DNA from: Vicinamibacterales bacterium
GTDB taxonomy: Bacteria > Acidobacteriota > Vicinamibacteria > Vicinamibacterales > UBA8438
DNA: 64,000 nt
Assembly (NCBI GenBank): GCA_965223015.1
Contig: CBDCVL010000004.1
Span: 310,687 to 374,686 of the forward strand
Reading direction: 5' to 3'
How positions within the stretch are numbered: the stretch's first letter is position 1; the number at the start of each line of letters is the position of its first letter. Shown here piece by piece: positions 21,244 through 30,193 of the stretch. The position numbers were made by a program, and so were the translations under genes. A model generated the notes under the pieces. The model ran no database searches, was not told where the DNA came from, and saw only the letters and a program-made list of their open reading frames with translations.

Positions 21244-21482
21244 GGTTTCCACACAGTCTTCGCGAGCTCGTAGAACCCGACGACGATCCCCATGAGCAGC
21301 CCCGCCAGCAAGAACCACGGGGGTGTCTCGAGCCACCGATCGACCACGAACCCAATCCCGCCCAACAGAAGAATGGCGCCAATCAGCGTGTAGCTTGCTG
21401 ACGCTGCCGGTCCCGCCCGGCGGACGGTCTCTTGCATATACTGCAGAGACTTACCCAGGAACGGGTCACGCTCATCGGGCAT
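21240..21482 (-). CDS. atpZ: AtpZ/AtpR-like putative F0F1-ATPase accessory membrane protein
   Basis: 80 aa with two TM helices (YTLIGAILLLGGIGFVVDRWL..PWFLLAGLLMGIVVGFY). It is the first gene of the atp cluster and resembles the ATPase_gene1 family. Confidence 0.6.
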   Translation of the reverse strand: MPDERDPFLGKSLQYMQETVRRAGPAASASYTLIGAILLLGGIGFVVDRWLETPPWFLLAGLLMGIVVGFYELAKTVWKP

Positions 21483-21638
21483 GTGAAACCATGGCTCTGA
21501 CAGGCTGCCAGAACCGCTCTGACGCGGCCCTCACGAAGGCAAGGGCCTCATCGCCTTCTCCCGAAGCGGAACAAAACAGCCAATGATAGCAGACGCCATT
21601 TCAGCCGGCAACAGAACGGGCTCACTCGAGGACCGCGC

Positions 21639-22454
21639 ATGGGCATAGCACCGGTTCTGTTGCGTCAGGTCGATGCCTTCGCCGATCGGCCGTTCTTGGG
21701 GAATCCGGCCGCTGTCTGTCTCGTGGCCGAACCGCGGGATCAGGTCTGGATGCAACAGGTGGCTCTGGAGATGAACCTGTCAGAGACTGCGTTCGTCACC
21801 GCTCGAACGGATGGAGACTTCGACCTTCGGTGGTTCACCCCTACGACGGAGGTCGACCTCTGCGGACACGCGACGCTCGCGAGCGCCCACGTTGTGTGGG
21901 AGGAGCACCTGCGCTCCCACACAAGCGCGATCCAGTTCCACACACGGTCTGGCGTGCTAACCGCACGGCGGCTGGAGCATGGTATCGAATTGGACTTCCC
22001 TACCCAGCCCGAGGTCGCCACGCAGGCGCCGCGCGATCTCGTCGAAGCCCTAGGCGTGACTCCAGAATACGTTGGGCGGAACCAGACCGACTATCTCGTC
22101 GAGCTCGCGTCGGAATCGCTAGTTCGGGAAGTGCAGCCTGATTTCCGCCGCCTGGCCAGCGTGCCGATGCGAGGCGTCATGATTACTGCCGCAGGATCAT
22201 CCCGCGCGGTGTCGCCTCGATACGACTTCGTATCACGGTTCTTCGCTCCGGCCGTTGGTGTTGATGAAGATCCAGTGACCGGTTCCGCGCACTGTTGTCT
22301 CGGACCGTTCTGGCAACGCCGGCTGGGTCGCGACCGGCTGCGCGGGTTCCAGGCGTCGTTGCGTGGAGGGTATGTGGGTCTCTGGGTAAGGAGCGGCCGG
22401 GTCCTCCTCTCGGGGGAGGCCGTGACGGTCTTCCGCGCTGAGCTGTTGTGCTAG
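21639..22454 (+). CDS. PhzF-family (phenazine biosynthesis-like) isomerase
   Basis: 271 aa. VDAFADRPFLGNPAAVCL, LSETAF, FTPTTEVDLCGHATLA and TGSAHC motifs. Confidence 0.8.
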   Translation: MGIAPVLLRQVDAFADRPFLGNPAAVCLVAEPRDQVWMQQVALEMNLSETAFVTARTDGDFDLRWFTPTTEVDLCGHATLASAHVVWEEHLRSHTSAIQFHTRSGVLTARRLEHGIELDFPTQPEVATQAPRDLVEALGVTPEYVGRNQTDYLVELASESLVREVQPDFRRLASVPMRGVMITAAGSSRAVSPRYDFVSRFFAPAVGVDEDPVTGSAHCCLGPFWQRRLGRDRLRGFQASLRGGYVGLWVRSGRVLLSGEAVTVFRAELLC

Positions 22455-22605
22455 TGGACTGTAACGCCTGAATCACTACCGCTCGCGGGCGGGGTTGCTC
22501 CTTGGTCACAAATGCCCAATTTGTTCCCTCGTCGCGCCTTGCCACCCGGGCGCCGCGTTCCTCGATCGGCAATGATTCAGGCGATACAGCCACACTAGGT
22601 GTGGC

Positions 22606-23661
22606 CTACCAGACGATGTACTCGTAGCAACCTGGTGTGACGAGCAGGCGGTTAGCGACGGAGAACGAGAGGCTGCTCGGTTGAATGACGCCTGCAGCCT
22701 CCAGAGTGACCGTTCGGATCTTTTCCCCACTCGGGTCGAACACGTAGACGACCTGCCCGGTGAGGCCAACCCACAGGTTGCCGCTGCGGTCGACAGCAGC
22801 CGTCCGAACGGTTGGTGGCACGACAGGGAGAACGCGTCCCAGATCGTCGGTACGGCGTGGCCAGGCGGTGGGGAGGGCAGCGATCATCGGGTCGACCTCG
22901 GGTCCCTCAATGTGCCGCTCGAAGACGAGGTGCCCGTCTGCGTTGTATCGTCGAAACATCGGGACTCCCGCCTGAAACACGAAATAGTAGTCGCCTGACG
23001 GGGTCACCAGCGGGGTCCCGCTGTTCAGCGCCAGGTTGACGTTGCGGTCGTCCTCGAACCCGGTCCGCCTGAAGACACCAAACGTGCGAAAGGGGTGGCC
23101 GCTCAAGGTGAACTCCGTCACCAGGCCTCCGAGTTCCGGCTGGTTCATGATGATCGACTGCCCGGTGAACTGGAGCGATCCAACTCCGTTCAGTACCACG
23201 TTACCGAGCGTGATGCGAGGTGACGCTCGCCCGGGGAGCGTGAAGCCGCCGACGCGAGTTCCGCCGGCTTCGAAGATCTGAACGCGCTCCCGGCCTCGCG
23301 GGGCGTCTGCGACGATGAAACGCCCGTCGGGCCCGAGATGGAGCGACGTTGCGCCGAGTAGCCGTCCCTCTTCGGGGCCGATCCGAACGATCGGGTCCGC
23401 GGTTCCCAGCGGCGTAATCCGATAGACGGTCTGGCCGCGTCGGTCCAACACGTAGTAGTCACCGGTGACCGACTGCTGAAAGGCGACGGGTTGTCGAAAC
23501 AGCCCCACGATATGAGGAGGCAGGCCGGACGTCGAGCGCAGCACCTCGGCGCCACCGGCGCTCTGGGCTGAAACGACCCACAGGCAGCCCACGAAGACAA
23601 CAGACAACAGCCCAGCGGCTGTCTTGGCAGATACGTGTGGCATCGAGCGGGATGCGTTCAT
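22606..23661 (-). CDS. secreted beta-propeller (NHL-like repeat) protein, function unknown
   Basis: 351 aa. It has a signal peptide (AAGLLSVVFVGCLWVVSAQS) and repeated ..G..YV.D....V..F blade-like segments. Confidence 0.5.
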   Translation of the reverse strand: MNASRSMPHVSAKTAAGLLSVVFVGCLWVVSAQSAGGAEVLRSTSGLPPHIVGLFRQPVAFQQSVTGDYYVLDRRGQTVYRITPLGTADPIVRIGPEEGRLLGATSLHLGPDGRFIVADAPRGRERVQIFEAGGTRVGGFTLPGRASPRITLGNVVLNGVGSLQFTGQSIIMNQPELGGLVTEFTLSGHPFRTFGVFRRTGFEDDRNVNLALNSGTPLVTPSGDYYFVFQAGVPMFRRYNADGHLVFERHIEGPEVDPMIAALPTAWPRRTDDLGRVLPVVPPTVRTAAVDRSGNLWVGLTGQVVYVFDPSGEKIRTVTLEAAGVIQPSSLSFSVANRLLVTPGCYEYIVW

Positions 23662-23730
23662 GGGGCGTATCCCCTCCGTGAAGTCTAACCCTTATGCCGA
23701 CCGCCGCTGAGGTGTCACTCCTTTGAGGGA

Positions 23731-23868
23731 CTATGCCGTACGCTCGGGTGTCACTCTGAAAACCGGTCGGCCTGAGCCACCAAATAGCTGCTTGGCTCAC
23801 GTCGAGTGACGGCCTCCTGGCACTGCTCATCTACGGTTTTCGCCGCGACAACCGAGCGTACGGCATAG
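23731..23868. repeat. perfect 17-bp inverted repeat flanking a ~104-nt spacer
   Basis: CTATGCCGTACGCTCGG (23731-23747) and its exact reverse complement CCGAGCGTACGGCATAG (23852-23868). The spacer contains a further hairpin (GAGCCA..TGGCTC). Confidence 0.6.
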
Positions 23869-23963
23869 CTCGGGACGCAGAGTGTCAGTGTTGCAGGTGG
23901 CAGTAAGGGATTCGATATCTGACGGTCCGCGTCTCATCGTCTCATCGTCTCATTGGAGCTAAC

Positions 23964-24314
23964 ATGGGGGTCGTGAAGACGGGACGGGTTGAACGGTGGG
24001 ACGAGATCCCGCTCGAGCGGGTGACCGAGATGGTGTCCCGCAAGGTGTTTGTTGGCGACCGCCAGGTGATGGTCCAGGTACACCTCCTACGCGGGGCGCA
24101 CGTCCCCGTGCACCGCCACGAAGGCGAACAGATGATCTATGTGCTGCAGGGTGCGCTCCGATGCTCAGTTGGTGGCCGGGAGGTGACCGTCAAAGACGGG
24201 GACGTCTTGCACGTACCTGCTCGTGTACGTCACCAGGCCGAGGCACTCGAAGACACGTTCCAGATCGTCGTTCTTGGAGACAGCGGCCCGCCGTCACAGG
24301 AGGGTTCGGACTAA
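23964..24314 (+). CDS. cupin domain protein
   Basis: 116 aa. H.H.GEQ..YVL.G...............GD....P....H is a cupin 2-motif pattern. GGAG lies 5-9 nt upstream of the ATG. Confidence 0.65.
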   Translation: MGVVKTGRVERWDEIPLERVTEMVSRKVFVGDRQVMVQVHLLRGAHVPVHRHEGEQMIYVLQGALRCSVGGREVTVKDGDVLHVPARVRHQAEALEDTFQIVVLGDSGPPSQEGSD

Positions 24315-24331
24315 GGCGCGCACAGCGCGCC
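24315..24331 (+). terminator. stem-loop directly after the cupin stop
   Basis: GGCGCGC-ACA-GCGCGCC starts 1 nt after the TAA. There is no U-tract. Confidence 0.3.
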
Positions 24332-24416
24332 TCGCGGCGGCGGCGTGGGGCGAGTGAGGTCCCCACGGAGCCGTCGCGGGGGTTCGGGGCGAAGCCCCGT
24401 CCAACTAATGCACCTT

Positions 24417-25229
24417 CTAATGCACCTTCTTGTCCCAGTCCCGATCCTGGCCGCCCTGATGGACATCGAACTTCTTCCGGAGACGCCCCATCTTCCACTT
24501 GAGATATCGATACTTGATGTCCGCCATGATCCCGAGGCGCCCGAATCCGAATCGGCGACCTGACGCGACCCGCAACCGACTCAAGTACAGGTAGCCGGCC
24601 AACAATCCGCCGAGGTGCGTAATATGGCCGACGCCGTCGCCGTACCGTGGGGTCGAAATGAACGCGATCGCACCCAAGATCATGACGAAGTACTTCGCCG
24701 GGACGGGAAACAAGAAGAACATCAGGATGGGTGTCTCGGGGTAGGACAACGCGAAGGCCATGAGGAGGCCATAAATTGCACCCGATGCACCGATCGTGAT
24801 CGTCGCGTAGGTCGCCGCGCTGAACGAGAAGGGGAGCAGCGACACAGCAACGGTGACGATGGCGGCACCAAGCCCGGCGACGAAGTAGAAGCGAAGGAAG
24901 AATCTCGAACCCCAGAGACGCTCAAGCTGCACGCCGAACATCCAGAGGATCAGCATGTTGAACAGGATGTGCCCGACCCCTCCATGGAGGAACATGTACG
25001 TGAAGGGTTGCCACAGCATGAACCGAGTCACGGTGAGGCGGGGTGTCAGCCCGAGGAGATAGCTGAGCCAGCCGAATGCCGAGGGAATCAAGGCGGTGAC
25101 CAGAAACACCCCGACGTTGGTCCAGATGAGCGCCTTGACGACCGGCGTCATGAGACCCGGGCCGAACTGAACGTTGGCTGGACCACCGTAGTATGGGCGT
25201 GGCATGGACGAAGAGTGCAATCGTACCAC
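24417..25229 (-). CDS. rhomboid family intramembrane serine protease
   Basis: WQPFTYMFLHGGVGHILFNMLILWMFG and GASGAIYGLLMAFA (catalytic Ser) plus HLGGLLAGYLY (catalytic His). Confidence 0.85.
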   Translation of the reverse strand: MVRLHSSSMPRPYYGGPANVQFGPGLMTPVVKALIWTNVGVFLVTALIPSAFGWLSYLLGLTPRLTVTRFMLWQPFTYMFLHGGVGHILFNMLILWMFGVQLERLWGSRFFLRFYFVAGLGAAIVTVAVSLLPFSFSAATYATITIGASGAIYGLLMAFALSYPETPILMFFLFPVPAKYFVMILGAIAFISTPRYGDGVGHITHLGGLLAGYLYLSRLRVASGRRFGFGRLGIMADIKYRYLKWKMGRLRKKFDVHQGGQDRDWDKKVH

Positions 25230-25269
25230 GTACCGGCGAGGACAGGTCCCGGGCCGGCCAGTCCGGAAG

Positions 25270-26913
25270 TCAGGAACTGGCGCGGCGTCTCAGCAGATGC
25301 TCTCTCACGCGGTCCCACTCCGCGATGCGAAGCAGTTTGGCTCCGAGCGCCAGCACGACGAGGCCGATGCCGATGCTGCCACAGACCTGAACGAGCCGGC
25401 TCACCAGATCGGTACCCGTGACGACACCCAGCAGCCAACCGTGGGCGGCGTGGACCGAGAAACCCATGGCCATGGCCGCGACCGTGACCTTGCCGCCAGT
25501 TTCGAGGATTCTTCCAACCTCGAGCCCTCCCAGACGGTGGCGGAGCAGTGCCAGCAGGACGAGGGCGTTGACGAGCGCTGCGATCGACGTGCCCAGGGCG
25601 AGGCCCCGGAACCCCATCGTGCGCACCAGAATCAGATTCAGTACGACGTTGAGTGCAACCGACAGGATGCTGACGATGGTCGGCGTGACGCTGTTCCCCA
25701 GCGCGTAGAAGCACGGCACGGCGATCCGGACAGCGGAGTACCCAATGAGCCCAGGTGCGTAGAACATGAGGGCGGCGGCGGTCGACGCCGTGTCGGATGG
25801 AGAAAAGCTGCCGCGCTCAAAGATCAACGCGACGATCGGTGATGCCAACACGGTCAGGCCGACGAGCGCCGGTATATTGAGGAGCAGCATCATGCGAAGC
25901 GCGCCTGACACTGTCGCCGTGACCCTTCCCAGATCTTTGTGGGCTGCGTGTCGCGACACCGCGGGGAGGGTCGCGGTGGCGATTGACACGCCAAAGATGC
26001 CGATTGGGAGGTACATCACGCGGAAGGCGAAGCTCAACCATGACACCGCGCCGGTTCCCTCTCCGGTCGCGAGCACGGTGTTGACGAGCAGGTTGATCTG
26101 GACGGCGGCGCCTGCCAGGGTCCCGGGGCCAATCAGGCGGAGGATTGCTTGCAGCCCTGGGTCCGACGGGTTCAACTTGGGCCGATACCGGTACCCTTCG
26201 CGATACAGCGAGGGCAGTTGCAGCAGGATCTGTCCGACTCCCCCGACCATGGCGCCAATGGCGATCGCCGTGATCGGTTCCAGGCCGAAGCGGGGCATGA
26301 TCGGCACGAGCAACACGGAGCTGGCGATGATGCCGACGTTGAACATTGCCGGGGACAATGCCGGGGCGAGGAACCGATTCAGCGAGTTCAGCATCCCCAT
26401 GACGGCAGCGGCAACTGCCACCAGTGTCAAGAACGGCAACATGATCCGCGTGAGAAAGACGGTGAGCTCGAGCTTGCCTGGGACGTCGGCGTAGCTTCCT
26501 GCCAAGAGGCGGGTGAGCGGTTCGGCGAAGAGCATCCCGAGCACCACGAGCGTGCCGGTGACGACCAGTAGCGCGTTGACGAGCTGATTGCCGACTTGCC
26601 ATGCCGATTCTTTTCCGTGGAGAGTCAGCCGCCGCGTGAACGTTGGGACGAATGCCGCGTTCATGGCACCTTCGGCAAAGAGGTCACGCATGAGGTTCGG
26701 GATTCGGTAGGCAACGTTGAACGCGTCCATCGCGTTCCCGGCTCCGAACAGGTAGGCGAGCACCTGGTCACGGGCGAGGCCGAGCAGCCGGCTCGTCAAT
26801 GTAGCCGCACCGACGATCCCAGCGGACTTGGCAAGGCGGGTCGTCGGGAGCGAGGGACCGCGTGGAGATTCAGGTGAAGCCACCGCCGGCGCGGTGGGTT
26901 CGGCGGGCGTCAT
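25270..26913 (-). CDS. murJ: lipid II flippase MurJ
   Basis: 547 aa polytopic protein. LTSRLLGLARDQVLAYLFGAG...DAFNVAYRIPNLMRDLFAEGA is the canonical MurJ N-terminus. Confidence 0.9.
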   Translation of the reverse strand: MTPAEPTAPAVASPESPRGPSLPTTRLAKSAGIVGAATLTSRLLGLARDQVLAYLFGAGNAMDAFNVAYRIPNLMRDLFAEGAMNAAFVPTFTRRLTLHGKESAWQVGNQLVNALLVVTGTLVVLGMLFAEPLTRLLAGSYADVPGKLELTVFLTRIMLPFLTLVAVAAAVMGMLNSLNRFLAPALSPAMFNVGIIASSVLLVPIMPRFGLEPITAIAIGAMVGGVGQILLQLPSLYREGYRYRPKLNPSDPGLQAILRLIGPGTLAGAAVQINLLVNTVLATGEGTGAVSWLSFAFRVMYLPIGIFGVSIATATLPAVSRHAAHKDLGRVTATVSGALRMMLLLNIPALVGLTVLASPIVALIFERGSFSPSDTASTAAALMFYAPGLIGYSAVRIAVPCFYALGNSVTPTIVSILSVALNVVLNLILVRTMGFRGLALGTSIAALVNALVLLALLRHRLGGLEVGRILETGGKVTVAAMAMGFSVHAAHGWLLGVVTGTDLVSRLVQVCGSIGIGLVVLALGAKLLRIAEWDRVREHLLRRRASS

Positions 26914-26993
26914 GGCTGGCGGTCAGCGTAGCATACGGGGATCCCGGGTGCCTGGAATTTCACGTTGCGGGTGGGTTGGTGTTTGAATGATTG

Positions 26994-27527
26994 ATGAGGG
27001 AGTCTCGTCTGACCTTCGGTGACATCGTTGACGCGTACCAGGTCGAGGTTCTCCGGTACTTGCGCCGCCTGACCGGCGACGCCTCCGACGCGGAGGATCT
27101 GTTCCAAGAGACCTTCCTGAGGGCGCTTCCCGCATTTCGACGTCTTCGGCGGGGAACGAATCATCGGGCCTGGGTGTATCGGATTGCGACAAACGTCTTT
27201 CTCAATCATCGGCGTCGCCTCCGACGAAGAAATGAAGTCCCGCTCACCAGCCAGATTCCTTCCGGGGGTGTGTCGCCGGCAGGTCGGTTCTGGGCACAGG
27301 CCACCGCCGCCGCATGTCGTCGAGCGATGGTCGCCCTTCCTCAGAGGCAGCGCGTGGCCTTCGTGCAGCGGCACGTACTTGGCTGGAGCTACGCGGAGAT
27401 TGCGGATGCCATGGGCGGAAACCGTGAAGCTGCCAGAGCGAATGTCTACCAGGCTGCTCGCCGGTTGCGCCGCGAGCTCGTTGTGGCGGTCCCGGGGCAC
27501 AGGTTGGGCGTCAAGGAATCAGCATGA
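26994..27527 (+). CDS. ECF-type RNA polymerase sigma-70 family factor
   Basis: Region 2 (DAEDLFQETFLRA..., AWVYRIATNVFLNHRR) and region 4 (LPQRQRVAFVQRHVLGWSYAEIADAMG...ARANVYQARRLR). Confidence 0.85.
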   Translation: MRESRLTFGDIVDAYQVEVLRYLRRLTGDASDAEDLFQETFLRALPAFRRLRRGTNHRAWVYRIATNVFLNHRRRLRRRNEVPLTSQIPSGGVSPAGRFWAQATAAACRRAMVALPQRQRVAFVQRHVLGWSYAEIADAMGGNREAARANVYQAARRLRRELVVAVPGHRLGVKESA

Positions 27528-28303
27528 GTACGAGAGGGACGACCATGACATGCCGAGAGCTCACGCACCGATTGGAGCTCCTGTTGTCGGGAGATCTGAC
27601 GGCGTCGCAGTTCAAGAGCAGTGCGACGCGTCGGCACGTGGCTGCGTGTCCTGACTGTTCGAGCGCCTGGGAACGCGTCACAGAATTCCTGGCGCTTCTC
27701 CTAGCAACCGGTACCGATGCCGATTCGGATGCCGTTGGCGCGGCGCGAGACCATCTGCGCGAGGCGTTTGGTCGGCGTGGGCAGCCTGTCGTCAGATTTG
27801 ACTCCCTGGGCACGCCGGTCGGACGTGTGTTCGTGGGGGTGTCAGATCAAGGCGTGTGTGACATCACGCTGGGTGACCCAGGTGAGGATGCATACCGGCG
27901 ACGGCTTCTCCAACAAGCCCCAGAGGCGTTTCGGGATCCGAGTGCGGTTGAGCCGGCGCTGACCGAGCTCGATGCCTACTTTCGGGGCAGGCTCGAGCAG
28001 TTCACGCACGCGGTCGACCTCCGGGGCGTCACCGCGTTTACACGGAGTGTGCTCCGTGCGACGCGCAAGATTCAGTTTGGACAGCTACTCAGCTACGGTG
28101 ATGTGGCACGTCGGATCGGAGCGCCACGAGCGAGTCGAGCCGTTGGGGGTGCGCTCGGCCGCAACCCGGTGCCGATCATGGTACCGTGCCATCGCGTCGT
28201 GGCGCGCGGAGGCAGATTGGGTGGATTCACAGGAGGTCTCGATAGAAAGCGTGCCCTGCTCCTGATCGAGGGGCACACGCGGGTCTCCCGACCTGACAGC
28301 TGA
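27524..28303 (+). CDS. zf-HC2 (ZAS-type) anti-sigma N-terminus fused to a complete O6-alkylguanine/methylated-DNA-protein-cysteine methyltransferase (MGMT/Ogt) domain
   Basis: The start overlaps the sigma stop (ATGA). The N-terminus C..L..........RRHVAACPDCSSAW carries the H-x3-C-x2-C motif. The C-terminus SYGDVARRIGAPRASRAVGGALGRNPVPIMVPCHRVV has the PCHRV active site. No TM helix is visible. Confidence 0.8.
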   Translation: MSTRGTTMTCRELTHRLELLLSGDLTASQFKSSATRRHVAACPDCSSAWERVTEFLALLLATGTDADSDAVGAARDHLREAFGRRGQPVVRFDSLGTPVGRVFVGVSDQGVCDITLGDPGEDAYRRRLLQQAPEAFRDPSAVEPALTELDAYFRGRLEQFTHAVDLRGVTAFTRSVLRATRKIQFGQLLSYGDVARRIGAPRASRAVGGALGRNPVPIMVPCHRVVARGGRLGGFTGGLDRKRALLLIEGHTRVSRPDS

Positions 28304-28335
28304 GGGTAGAATCACGTCAGGGGAAGGAAGAAACG

Positions 28336-28809
28336 ATGAGCCTCAAACAGGTTGACGTAAAGACGGCCCACAAGCTCCAGTCGGATGAGGGCCATACCTA
28401 TATTGATGTCCGGTCGATCCAGGAGTTCGAGAAGGGACACCCCGAGGGTGCGAGGAATGTTCCGCTGCTGAATCTCGATCCTCAGACCGGACACATGCAG
28501 CCCAATGGAGAGTTCCTGTCGGTCATGCGATCGCACTATCCACCCGAGACAAAGCTACTCATAGGGTGTCAGATGGGTGGCCGGTCGGCGCAGGCTGGTC
28601 AGGTGCTTGTCGCGTCGGGATATCAGGATGTCGCGAACGTTCTTGGTGGCTTCGGTGGCATGCGGGACCGCGCAACTGGCCAGGTCGTCCATGAGGGGTG
28701 GGCGGATGCCGGACTCCCCGTCGAACACGAGACCCCGGCTGGTTGCGGATACGACGAGCTCCGTCAGGAAGGAACAGGGAGCGGCCCTGAGTCTAGCGGG
28801 GACCAATGA
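28336..28809 (+). CDS. rhodanese-like sulfurtransferase domain protein
   Basis: 157 aa. YIDVRSIQEFEKGHPEGARNVP and the active-site loop CQMGGRS. GGAAGGAAG SD upstream. Confidence 0.75.
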   Translation: MSLKQVDVKTAHKLQSDEGHTYIDVRSIQEFEKGHPEGARNVPLLNLDPQTGHMQPNGEFLSVMRSHYPPETKLLIGCQMGGRSAQAGQVLVASGYQDVANVLGGFGGMRDRATGQVVHEGWADAGLPVEHETPAGCGYDELRQEGTGSGPESSGDQ

Positions 28810-30166
28810 CCTGTTCGTAGCGCGCCGCGACGGCGAGTAGCTCTGACGTCTCGCCGAGATGCCCAACGAGCTGGGTCCCGCAGGGTAGGCCGCGCCCTGT
28901 CGATCCGCATGGAAGCGAAATCGCCGGATGCCCCGTCAAGTCGAATAGCTGGGTGAGCCGAAGCGTCAGCTCGCGAACGTCCTGGGTCGAGCCACCGATC
29001 TCGACGGTGTTGGTCCCGAGTATGGGCGCGGGGATTGGCAGCGTCGGCAGCACGAGGGCATCGACCCCCCGCAGAACGGTGTTGACCGATCGGCAGAGTT
29101 GCTCCCGATCGTGCTGAGCCTGGTGGTACACCTTCGTCGACACGTCGCGTCCCATCTCGAGGCGGTCGCGAACTCTCGGTGAGTAGTCATCCGGACGGTC
29201 TCCGAGAGTCTGTTCGTGGATCTTGAACGCTTCGTACAGGACCGTGGTCCGATATGTCGCGGCGATCAGGTCGGCCTGAGCGATCGAGACATCCTCAATC
29301 TGACAGCCTGCTCTCTCTAAGCGCGCAAGCGCACCGTCGAAGGCATCTCGAACGTCGTCGTCCAGCACAGCGAGGAAGTACTCCCGAGGCAGCGCCAGCC
29401 GGGCCGGCCCACTCCGTCGACCGGACGTCGAGGGGCGACACGGGTTCTGACCGACGTCAATGCGTTGGCCTGCCATCACCCGGAAGATGGTGGCCGCATC
29501 GGCCACGGTGCTCGCAAGTGGTCCGACGTGGTCAAGTGATGCTCCGAGCGGGACAATGCCGTCACAGCTCAGCTCTCCGAAGGTAGGCTTCAGGCCGACC
29601 ACCCCGCATGCAGCGGCCGGAATGCGGATCGACCCACCGGTATCGGTACCCACGGAGGCGAGAGCCATCCCCGCCGCAACCGATGCCGCGGACCCGCTGC
29701 TCGATCCTCCGGCCATGTGCCCAGGCGCGTGTGGGTTGCGTGTGGCCCCGAACGCCGAGTCTTCGCCGGTCGTTCCGAAAGCGAACTCGTGCAGATTGCA
29801 CTTACCGATGAAGATGGCTCCTGCGTCTCTGAGTCGCCTCAGCACCGGGGCGTCGGTCGAAGCACGATGCCCGCGCCGCACCCTGGATGCGGCAGTCGTT
29901 GGAAGACCCTCGAGGTCGATCAGGTCTTTCACAGAGAGCGGGATCCCATGGAGCACACCACGGTCGTTCCCTGTTGAGATTTCACGGTCGGCCCGCCGAC
30001 CGCCCTCCCGGGCGTCGTCGGCAAGCACCTGAATGAACGCGTTGATTTCACCATCGCGCTGGTCGATCGCCTCGAGGCACCGCTCGACCAAGTCGATACT
30101 GGTCGTCCGGTGGCTGCGGATCGCCGCGGCAACCTCGCTGATTGGGTGGATGAGTTCTGCTCGCAT
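28793..30166 (-). CDS. amidase (amidase-signature family, GatA-like)
   Basis: 457 aa. GGSSSGSAASVAAG and GTDTGGSIRIPAA are amidase signature motifs. Confidence 0.85.
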   Translation of the reverse strand: MRAELIHPISEVAAAIRSHRTTSIDLVERCLEAIDQRDGEINAFIQVLADDAREGGRRADREISTGNDRGVLHGIPLSVKDLIDLEGLPTTAASRVRRGHRASTDAPVLRRLRDAGAIFIGKCNLHEFAFGTTGEDSAFGATRNPHAPGHMAGGSSSGSAASVAAGMALASVGTDTGGSIRIPAAACGVVGLKPTFGELSCDGIVPLGASLDHVGPLASTVADAATIFRVMAGQRIDVGQNPCRPSTSGRRSGPARLALPREYFLAVLDDDVRDAFDGALARLERAGCQIEDVSIAQADLIAATYRTTVLYEAFKIHEQTLGDRPDDYSPRVRDRLEMGRDVSTKVYHQAQHDREQLCRSVNTVLRGVDALVLPTLPIPAPILGTNTVEIGGSTQDVRELTLRLTQLFDLTGHPAISLPCGSTGRGLPCGTQLVGHLGETSELLAVAARYEQVIGPR

Positions 30167-30193
30167 GACGGGCCAAGGGTTGTTGACGGGGCA

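Noticed and set aside
19934-21382. 482-aa ORF suggesting a very long AtpB
   Set aside because: The first 165 codons overlap the atpI-like and atpZ-like genes in another frame and look non-coding (Arg/Gly/Ser/Cys-rich). The conserved subunit a sequence starts at the ATG at 20887.
22463-22603. 11-bp inverted repeat (CGCCTGAATCA / TGATTCAGGCG) and the CCACAC-TAG-GTGTGG hairpin between the PhzF-family and propeller genes as an ncRNA
   Set aside because: The repeats are short enough to arise by chance. The hairpin is adequately explained as a terminator-like structure for the convergent genes. There is no further support.
24408-24431. 12-bp tandem repeat (TAATGCACCTTC x2) at the 3' end of the rhomboid gene as a regulatory element
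   Set aside because: It simply duplicates the last codons plus the stop (..KKVH-stop, KVH-stop). This is most likely a trivial slippage duplication without functional implication.
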